Source: a virus
DNA length: 64,000 nt
Reading direction: 5' to 3' (one strand)
IMG/VR virus record: IMGVR_UViG_3300017917_002838
Span: 32,001 to 96,000 of that record
The position numbers and the translations under genes were made by a program. Below, one piece after another: positions 8,502 through 15,232 of the stretch. Positions within the stretch are counted from its first letter, which is position 1. Each line of letters starts with the position of its first letter. The notes under the pieces are model-generated. The model saw nothing but the letters and a program-made list of their open reading frames with translations. It had not been told where the DNA came from and made no database searches.

Positions 8502-8713
8502 TATTCCTCCTTTTTGTTTCTTATTCTTAAAGTAACTATCCAAACAATTGTTGACCAAACTATTGCCCAACCAACTATTGTTCTGGCCATGCCAGTCAAA
8601 GTTAACCATGCTATAAAGAATCCAAGCAAAGTAAATGTTTGATTCATTATTTCAATGGTAGAATCCTTGACCCATGAAAGAAAACCTTTTATCATTTTCA
8701 TTACTAGTTTCAT
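8501..8713 (-). CDS. Small membrane protein (2 TM, basic C-terminus)
   Basis: TFTLLGFFIAWLTLTG..IVGWAIV; TAATG coupled at both ends. Confidence 0.75.
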   Translation of the reverse strand: MKLVMKMIKGFLSWVKDSTIEIMNQTFTLLGFFIAWLTLTGMARTIVGWAIVWSTIVWIVTLRIRNKKEE

Positions 8714-11172
8714 TAGATCCTCCTTGCTGACAATATGTTTGCTACTGCATTCATTACCTGAGATACAATAATCACAGGAATAATTACTTCTTGTGCTTTT
8801 TCTCTTTGATCGTCTGTCATGTCTGAACCGAGACTTGCCAATGCCTCTCCTGGATTAGACAATAGATCTCCTGCAAAATTTGCTAATTCTGTAAAACTTT
8901 CTGCTGCTCCAGCAAAAGCTGCTCCGGGATCAGTAAATACTTCTGCAATTGCTGTTGCTACTTGCTCCGCTTGTATTTCAGTCGCAACATCAGCAAGTGT
9001 ATATGGCATAGGGGCATTTTGATTTGCCTCCGCTCTCTGGCTAAATTGTTCTACAGCTTGCGCTATAACTTCATCTGTTTTAATTAATTCAGCCAATTGT
9101 TTTATTTCTGATTCAGATAAATTTGTTGATTTTATTACATCCATTAAATTTTCAGTTTCTTTTTCAGAAAGACCACTATCTTCTAATATATTTGCTATAA
9201 TTAATTCATCTTTAGAAAGGTTGTCATTTGGAAGAGTTTTTTCCTCGTCATCAATTATGGTCTCTTCAGGACTTGGAGAGTCTATATTTTCTTCAACGGG
9301 ATCTTCTTGCACAGGAGTCTGGTCTTCAATCGAATCTTCTTCTGCTGGAACAGGTTCTGGATTTGATTCATTATCGTCTACGGGATTCTGTTCATCAACT
9401 GGAGTTTGATCAATTGGTTCAGTTGGTTCAACAGGAACTTCTGAATCCGGATTTGGATTTGGATCTGGTTCCGGCTCTTCAGTGGGCTCGACAACAGGAT
9501 CGGGATTTGGAATTACTGGTGGAGGACTTGGTATCACAACAGGAGGTTCTGGTGCGGGAGGAGGAGCAGGTGGAACATATGGTTCCGGTGCAGGAGTTGG
9601 GGTCGGAGTTGGCTCGACAGGTGCGGGAGAAGTTGGAGTGGGCGAAGGCTCCGTGGGAGTTGGAGATGGACTCTGGGTGGGTTCTGGACTCTGGGTGGGC
9701 TCAGGACTTGGGGAAGGTGGAGGAGTAGGAGCATCTTTATAGGTAACAGAAACTATAAGAACTTTTACAACTCCTGGTACTGGATCTCCAAAAATAGTAT
9801 TCGTGGCTGATAGGTTTGCGCTAGACATATTTGTAAATTGTTGAGTTAATTGCGATGAAACATTTGATCCAAAATTTCCATCATTTGGATCTCCATACCA
9901 AGCATTTATTGAATTTATTACTTTGTTTTCTGGAGCAGTAATTGTTAGCGTATCATTTTCATTAATTGTATATTGTGGAGTAAAGGGAAGTGGTGCTGGA
10001 ACATATACTGGTGTAACATTTATAGAAGCATATAGATTAACTTCTCCGCTCCAGTTAGCAACCTTTATTTCATATTGACATCCATTTTGCAGATTATTTA
10101 TTACAAATGACGTTGGGTGCCCATCCGTATTTAAAGTTTGTCCCGCATAAGAATTTGAACATCCTTGAGGAGCATTTACCTGATAAAACCAAGTATTTGC
10201 ATTTGGGTGAGACGCAGATATTGTTGCTGACTCGTTTCCTGCTAAAGCAGATATTGTAGGCGCAATATCTGGTATATATGTAGAAACTATATTTGAGTCC
10301 GGAGAATAAACACTAAGACTATCGTTATCAGCTCTTATCTTAAACTGATATTGTTTTCCTCTACCATCTTGTGCAATTGTTGTGTATGGAATTGATATTG
10401 ATGTATTTAATGCAGTTGGACTTCCAACATTACCAGTTGCTATACCCCAACCATTTGTTGTAAAGTTTGATGTAGACCAACTTATAGCATATCTTTCTAC
10501 TGCAGTATTAGCTTCAGTTGGAGATGGAGCAGTCCATGATAATGTTACATTAGTTCCATCATGTGTTGCAGTTAATACACTTGGTGCATTTAATGATGGG
10601 GTTGGTGGAGGTGGAGCTACCTCTGTTGAAAAAGCAGAATTTGGAACTATTACAATTGAAGAATTTGGAAGTTGCCAAAATAATCTTGCTGTTGCACCTC
10701 CGCCAGTTTCATGATGAAGAATTTCTATTGTATATGATTGTCCTGCAACCATGTTAATCGATCCGGCTGAATTATAAAATCTTGGACCTTGTTCTACCCA
10801 GTTATATATAACATTAGTATTATTTATTCTTAATATAAAACCATCATCGCTGGAGTTTCTAAATATAATATTACCAGTAACTGGTGAAACTATTGTGCCA
10901 ATCCAAAGATTTGTAAAAAAATCTGGTTGACTGGGCAAGCATTGTGTTGCTCCGCCACCCCAATTATAATCTAAGTTTGAAGAAATACCACAATTTGTTG
11001 TAAAATTTGAAGGATCGAATGTTATTTGGGTATTTGGGGTGCTTGTTTGTTCTGCTTTTGAATACCAGCTAAGACCGGATGTAGGAATTCCGCTGGCAGA
11101 TTCGGCAAAGCCGAAGAAGGATGACCCTATAATCATCCCTAATGCGCCTAAAATTCTTAACCATTTGCCCAA
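8713..11172 (-). CDS. Secreted/surface protein: PA14 + FN3 + lectin-like + Pro/acidic stalk + C-terminal hydrophobic anchor
   Basis: Signal peptide; PA14 (NWGGG, SDDG, ETGGGA, LFW); FN3 (LSWTAP, YQFKIRA); FGDPxPGxxK lectin-like motif; PT/PE repeats; terminal hydrophobic stretch plus RR. Confidence 0.82.
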   Translation of the reverse strand: MGKWLRILGALGMIIGSSFFGFAESASGIPTSGLSWYSKAEQTSTPNTQITFDPSNFTTNCGISSNLDYNWGGGATQCLPSQPDFFTNLWIGTIVSPVTGNIIFRNSSDDGFILRINNTNVIYNWVEQGPRFYNSAGSINMVAGQSYTIEILHHETGGGATARLFWQLPNSSIVIVPNSAFSTEVAPPPPTPSLNAPSVLTATHDGTNVTLSWTAPSPTEANTAVERYAISWSTSNFTTNGWGIATGNVGSPTALNTSISIPYTTIAQDGRGKQYQFKIRADNDSLSVYSPDSNIVSTYIPDIAPTISALAGNESATISASHPNANTWFYQVNAPQGCSNSYAGQTLNTDGHPTSFVINNLQNGCQYEIKVANWSGEVNLYASINVTPVYVPAPLPFTPQYTINENDTLTITAPENKVINSINAWYGDPNDGNFGSNVSSQLTQQFTNMSSANLSATNTIFGDPVPGVVKVLIVSVTYKDAPTPPPSPSPEPTQSPEPTQSPSPTPTEPSPTPTSPAPVEPTPTPTPAPEPYVPPAPPPAPEPPVVIPSPPPVIPNPDPVVEPTEEPEPDPNPNPDSEVPVEPTEPIDQTPVDEQNPVDDNESNPEPVPAEEDSIEDQTPVQEDPVEENIDSPSPEETIIDDEEKTLPNDNLSKDELIIANILEDSGLSEKETENLMDVIKSTNLSESEIKQLAELIKTDEVIAQAVEQFSQRAEANQNAPMPYTLADVATEIQAEQVATAIAEVFTDPGAAFAGAAESFTELANFAGDLLSNPGEALASLGSDMTDDQREKAQEVIIPVIIVSQVMNAVANILSARRI
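9668..9706. repeat. 18-bp tandem repeat (PEPTQS x2) in Pro-rich stalk
   Basis: GGACTCTGGGTGGGTTCT / GGACTCTGGGTGGGCTCA. Confidence 0.8.
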
Positions 11173-11253
11173 TTAAGACTACTCCAAGTATGAGTTTTGT
11201 ACCCATACACTAAAGATTATACCATCTTAACTAGTTTAAACTATTTTAGTTAA

Positions 11254-11436
11254 CTACTTTTTATTATCTGTTTTATAAAATCCTGGACCTTTAAACTGGA
11301 CGCCAATAGATTTATATGATCTAATCATTTTATATCCGCATTTTTCACATAAAGGAAAAACTTCTTCATCAGATATTTTTCTTTCAATTTCTTTATATTC
11401 ATCACAATTCATGCAAGTATATTCATATCTTGGCAT
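11254..11436 (-). CDS. FmdB-family zinc-ribbon protein
   Basis: MPxYEYxCxxC...CxxCG...FKGxGFYxTD. Confidence 0.9.
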   Translation of the reverse strand: MPRYEYTCMNCDEYKEIERKISDEEVFPLCEKCGYKMIRSYKSIGVQFKGPGFYKTDNKK

Positions 11437-11448
11437 ACTTTATCCTAT

Positions 11449-11481
11449 AAATAAAAATGGGGGCAGTTTACCTGCCCCCAT
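11449..11481 (-). terminator. Rho-independent terminator
   Basis: ATGGGGGCAG-loop-CTGCCCCCAT followed by a T-rich tract. Confidence 0.8.
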
Positions 11482-11492
11482 AGTTTATCGCT

Positions 11493-12506
11493 TTACTTTT
11501 TGATTTTCTTTAGGAGAGCTGCATACTTCTTTTGCAAAGCTGTTAAATCAGCCTTGGCTTTTGCTAACTCTGCTTCTAGTGTTGCTTTTGTATTTGCAGC
11601 GGTCTTTTGTACAAGATCTACTGTTCCTAGAGCTTGTGCTAAATCTGCTTTTGTTTTAGCATGTGCAACTTTTTCAGCAGCAAGTTCTTCGGCAGCCTTA
11701 GCAGCCACCGCTTTAAGATTTGTTACTTCAGAAGCTAAATCTGATACAGTAACAAACTTTACTGTTGATTTCTTTGCTGCATCTAGTCCATCTACATCAG
11801 TAACTGCTCCTGGAAGAGCAATGCTTACAGCAGCCTGTCCAGCAGTTGCAGCATACTTTGTGCTGAATTTTGAAAGACCAGTTGTTGCATCTGATGCTGT
11901 GGCAGCAACTTCAATTGTTGCTCCAATAACAGTAACAGCTGGTGTTACTCCACCAACTACGTTACCAAAAATATCAGTTACCTTTACTGTATTTTCTACA
12001 ATACTTGCAGTGCTTACATCAGACTTAACTGTAGCATCAATATTATATGCTCCACCTGCTGTACCTTTCACATAATATGTAAGTGTATTTGAACCATTAA
12101 CAATTGTTACAGTTCCAACTTCAGTTGTTGTTGTATAAACAAAAAACTCTGCCGTATTTCCTGTACCAACATTAATTGTTAGGCTGGCAGCACCAGACTT
12201 TGAGGTTACTGGTGTTGTTGAAGTATGAAGAGCAGAAACTACAAAAGCTTTTGCTGTAGTAACAGCAACGCTGGTTCCTGGAACAATGTTTGATAGAGCA
12301 AACCTTACTGCATCTGTTGCTTCTACCTTATTGTCTGCAGGAACTGCTGCAATTGCAGCTCCAGCAATTGTATTTGCATCTGTGTCAGCAACTGAATTTA
12401 CAGTAACCACAACAGTTGGAAGATTTGCATGTGCCGGAGCAACTGCAATTAAAGAGCCTAAAATTGCCAAAGGCAATGCTAGAGCAATGTTCTTAACTTT
12501 TTTCAT
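11493..12506 (-). CDS. Secreted Ig-like/S-layer-like protein with C-terminal coiled coil
   Basis: Signal peptide (PAHA); T/A/V-rich beta domains with DIFGN; Ala/Lys coiled coil ending KYAALLKKIKK. Confidence 0.75.
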   Translation of the reverse strand: MKKVKNIALALPLAILGSLIAVAPAHANLPTVVVTVNSVADTDANTIAGAAIAAVPADNKVEATDAVRFALSNIVPGTSVAVTTAKAFVVSALHTSTTPVTSKSGAASLTINVGTGNTAEFFVYTTTTEVGTVTIVNGSNTLTYYVKGTAGGAYNIDATVKSDVSTASIVENTVKVTDIFGNVVGGVTPAVTVIGATIEVAATASDATTGLSKFSTKYAATAGQAAVSIALPGAVTDVDGLDAAKKSTVKFVTVSDLASEVTNLKAVAAKAAEELAAEKVAHAKTKADLAQALGTVDLVQKTAANTKATLEAELAKAKADLTALQKKYAALLKKIKK

Positions 12507-12513
12507 TTATCTC

Positions 12514-12963
12514 CTAATTAATTTCTTTCAATGAATTGATTGTAATTACCCTTGGCTTTTTATCTTCTGGGATTTCTTTTACAATCTTAATAGAAAGTAT
12601 ACCATTCTCCATGTCTGCAGATACTACCTTGCAATGTTCTGCTAGAGCAAAGACTCTTGTAAACTTTCGTTTTGCAATACCGTGATGAACATAAGTTTCT
12701 TCTGTACTTTCTTGTCCACCCTCGATCTTGAGATTTCCATTCTCTTCTACCACTACGATGTCATCCTTAGAAAATCCTGCGAGAGCCATGTCAATAACAT
12801 GTGTATCGTCAGAAATTTTTCTGATGTTATATGGTGGGAAGGTCCCAGAATTAATATGTTTTACGTTTTCTAGTCTTGGCCATAGGTCATTGAATCCAAT
12901 AAAAAATGGATCAGACCAAAAATTAGATGGCAATAGGGAATTGAATTTATCGTATGTAATCAT
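12514..12963 (-). CDS. Small heat-shock protein Hsp20 (IbpA-like)
   Basis: FPPYNI, ALAGF, HHGIAxRxFxRxFxL and ENGIL motifs. Confidence 0.93.
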   Translation of the reverse strand: MITYDKFNSLLPSNFWSDPFFIGFNDLWPRLENVKHINSGTFPPYNIRKISDDTHVIDMALAGFSKDDIVVVEENGNLKIEGGQESTEETYVHHGIAKRKFTRVFALAEHCKVVSADMENGILSIKIVKEIPEDKKPRVITINSLKEIN

Positions 12964-13026
12964 TTATTTCTCCTTTTAAGCGAGTATAGTTGATACCCCC
13001 ATTAGGCGGGTACCAACTATATTATA
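12964..13026 (-). promoter_or_regulatory. hsp20 promoter and ROSE-like 5' UTR
   Basis: TGaTATAAT, a 13-bp inverted repeat (12986-13020), then CUCGCU-UAAA-AGGAG covering the SD. Confidence 0.6.
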
Positions 13027-13033
13027 TCAAATG

Positions 13034-13642
13034 TTACTTCTTTTTAGTAGCTGGCTTTTTAGCTGCTGGCTTTGCTGCTGGCTTTGCAGCAGCTTTTGTA
13101 GTAACTTCTTTCTTCTTTACTGGTGTACCAAATGCTGGTCTTCCAAATCCTACAATTGCTACTGGCTTGCTAGGCATAACCTTAGAGCCGTTCTTTTTCT
13201 TGTAGGCACGACGTTGAAGGCAAACTTCTCCGCCGTTTCTTTGATCTCCAGCCTTAGCTTTTGTTGTATTTCCTTCAATTACCATAACGGTTCCGTCCCC
13301 GTTATCCTTTACAACAATTCCAACGTGAGAAATTCTATCTACGCCGTCTGCTGGAAAGTCAAAGTAGGCAATATCTCCTGGCTGTGGACTCGCTTCTTCC
13401 GCCTTTTGCCAGGTTCCGGCTTTCATAAATGCTTGTGCTCCAGCTGGGGTATACACCGTATTTGGCATCTTTACCTGAGCCTCATTAGCACACCACATAA
13501 CAAAACTTCCACACCATGGTTGGAAATTTGAACCGGTAAATGCACCATATTTTGTTTCGTTATCTTTAGGACCTTCAATAGTTCCTTCTTCTGCAAGCGC
13601 AACTTCTACTAGTCGTGCTGCCGAACCTTGTACTGCTGCCAT
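13034..13642 (-). CDS. CHAP-domain endolysin with Lys/Ala/Pro-rich tail
   Basis: QPWCGSFV, PQPGD, SHVGIV and IEGNT motifs; C-terminal AAKP repeats. Confidence 0.85.
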   Translation of the reverse strand: MAAVQGSAARLVEVALAEEGTIEGPKDNETKYGAFTGSNFQPWCGSFVMWCANEAQVKMPNTVYTPAGAQAFMKAGTWQKAEEASPQPGDIAYFDFPADGVDRISHVGIVVKDNGDGTVMVIEGNTTKAKAGDQRNGGEVCLQRRAYKKKNGSKVMPSKPVAIVGFGRPAFGTPVKKKEVTTKAAAKPAAKPAAKKPATKKK

Positions 13643-13650
13643 TATTCTCC

Positions 13651-14109
13651 TTAGTTACCGTTGATCATAGTCGTTAGAGATGAAGTCATTTTCCATCTCC
13701 ACTTTTCGTGAGCAGTTATTCTATCTGCAAAAAAATTTGCAACGCCTTGCTCTTGAGCATCATTTGCAAGAATAAATGCTTGCTTTAGGTCGTTAATAAT
13801 AATGTCGTTAGAAACAACCAAAGATCTTAACATTTCGATTGGATTATTATCATTCATCGAAAGATCGTATTTTATAGTTGCTGTTCCGGAAATTTTATTG
13901 ACATCAAACTCTGCAAATTGTCTGAATATTCTAATCCATTCAGCGTATTGATCTATAGAATCCCACGCATCATTATAAATATCCGAGAACATTTCATGGA
14001 ATTGATCAAATAAAATTCCTTCTACATTCCAATGATATCCGTGAGCTTTTGTATAATAGACAAATACATTTGCTTGTAAAAGTCTTAATTGTTGCAATAA
14101 AGCTTCCAT
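13651..14109 (-). CDS. dps: Dps/ferritin-like DNA-protection protein
   Basis: KAHGYHWNVEG..F.QFHEMF..IY...D..AE.IR ... HEK..W. Confidence 0.92.
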   Translation of the reverse strand: MEALLQQLRLLQANVFVYYTKAHGYHWNVEGILFDQFHEMFSDIYNDAWDSIDQYAEWIRIFRQFAEFDVNKISGTATIKYDLSMNDNNPIEMLRSLVVSNDIIINDLKQAFILANDAQEQGVANFFADRITAHEKWRWKMTSSLTTMINGN

Positions 14110-14153
14110 TATTAACTCCTAATTAATTTATTATCAAGTATACCATTTGCTTG

Positions 14154-14226
14154 CGCCCTAGGCAAGATTCGAACTTGCGACCAACGGATTAGAAGTCCGC
14201 TACTCTATCCACTGAGCTACTAAGGC
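14154..14226 (-). tRNA. tRNA-Arg(UCU)
   Basis: Cloverleaf with GCCTTAG/CTAGGGC acceptor, anticodon loop CTTCTAA and TTCGAAT T-loop. Confidence 0.93.
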
Positions 14227-14227
14227 G

Positions 14228-14300
14228 TACTTCCAACGGGGTTCGAACCCGCGTTACCGCCGTGAAAGGGCGGCGTCCTAGGCCACTAGACGATGGAAGC
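14228..14300 (-). tRNA. tRNA-Glu(UUC)
   Basis: GCTTCCA/TGGAAGT acceptor, loop CTTTCAC, GGTTCGAAC. Confidence 0.93.
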
Positions 14301-14301
14301 G

Positions 14302-14375
14302 TGGGGCGTGTAGGGCTCGAACCTACGACTACCGGATTATGAGTCCGGGGCTCTAACCAACTGAGCTAACGCCCC
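14302..14375 (-). tRNA. tRNA with CAU anticodon, probably Ile2 (alternatively elongator Met)
   Basis: GGGGCGT/ACGCCCC-A acceptor and loop CTCATAA; G1-C72 is paired, so it is not an initiator. Confidence 0.85.
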
Positions 14376-14380
14376 CAACA

Positions 14381-14475
14381 ACAAAGGCTATCATTTCTGA
14401 TAGCCTTTGTCTATAACTATAACATCCCAAGGTAGCGAGCCCGAATGTAGTAGGTGTTTTGGGGACCCTACTACT
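14381..14475 (-). ncRNA. Putative small RNA: 5' hairpin, core antisense to 23S rRNA H69/H70, 3' GAAA hairpin
   Basis: TAATAT -10 at 14482-14487; 8-bp stem 14447-14474; core 14414-14447; perfect 13-bp stem with GAAA loop at 14381-14410. Confidence 0.6.
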
Positions 14476-14502
14476 TAAAGTATATTACATAAATATTCTA
14501 AA

Positions 14503-14664
14503 TTATTTAGTTTTATTGTTTTTTTCTTCTGAAGCATATAAAGCTTTTAAATGCGCTATAGCTGCACTTCTAGTTGGGTGACATCCGACAAGCTTGCCGT
14601 CTCCCTCTTTAACTACAGCATATCCGCTGCATCCTGCAGCATTTTGTTTGATTTGCCAAGGCAT
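14503..14664 (-). CDS. Small protein (53 aa), MPW..C.GYAVVK..G..VGCH.T...A..L.ALYA domain
   Basis: Hand translation; AAGGAG RBS; a small domain I recognise from phage head-related proteins. Confidence 0.75.
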   Translation of the reverse strand: MPWQIKQNAAGCSGYAVVKEGDGKLVGCHPTRSAAIAHLKALYASEEKNNKTK

Positions 14665-14673
14665 TTTTTCTCC

Positions 14674-15003
14674 TTAATTATTTGGTAATTCTTTAGAGTC
14701 CATAGGAATTATTCCATACTCTCTAGCAACATTTAGACCTTCCTGTGTCATTCTAAAAGATGCCTCTAGATTTTCATCATATTCTATTTCTACATAACCT
14801 TCTTCATACAAGTTTTGTAGAACATTGTCTATGTGATCCATATGTGCACTCCACAATTCTGGGGCCACATCCTTTGCTTTATTTGTTATTCCATAAATAA
14901 ATTGACCATCATCATCAATTCCACTAAGCTCTATGGCACCTATTTCAATATAGTGATTTAATCTTTCATATTCATATTCATCGCCAAGATCTTCATCAAA
15001 CAT
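14674..15003 (-). CDS. Acidic hypothetical protein
   Basis: ORF track; coupled. Confidence 0.7.
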   Translation of the reverse strand: MFDEDLGDEYEYERLNHYIEIGAIELSGIDDDGQFIYGITNKAKDVAPELWSAHMDHIDNVLQNLYEEGYVEIEYDENLEASFRMTQEGLNVAREYGIIPMDSKELPNN

Positions 15004-15232
15004 TTTCTCTCATCGCTTCCTCTACTATTTGTTGAACAAACTCAGAAAAGTGTTTTCTGATGCTTCCGGCTGGTCTGCCATTTAACTCTTTCCATAATCT
15101 AGTATACTCTATTACGTTTGCATATGTAGTTGGGCATAGCATAATTTCATTATATTGTCTTAAAACGGTAGGAAGCGGGACGTGTTTACCACAACATTTA
15201 CATTCTTTTGCAAGTATTTGATATTTATTCAT
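14996..15232 (-). CDS. Hypothetical Cys-rich protein
   Basis: CKCCGKH...CPTT; ATGA overlap with terL. Confidence 0.7.
   Translation of the reverse strand: MNKYQILAKECKCCGKHVPLPTVLRQYNEIMLCPTTYANVIEYTRLWKELNGRPAGSIRKHFSEFVQQIVEEAMRENV

Noticed and set aside
14302-14375. Initiator tRNA-fMet
   Set aside because: The 1-72 position is paired and the anticodon stem lacks three consecutive G-C pairs.
14414-14438. I-CeuI cloning-vector site, or a contaminating rRNA gene fragment / chimera
   Set aside because: It is not the exact I-CeuI sequence and is closer to the actinobacterial 23S variant. The match is short, has no vector or further contiguous rRNA context, and sits between two hairpins behind a promoter.
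14405-14447. Plus-strand rRNA-mimic decoy RNA
   Set aside because: The 5' strand of H69 is missing so the helix cannot form. The promoter, GNRA loop and all neighbouring genes are on the minus strand. Not fully excluded.
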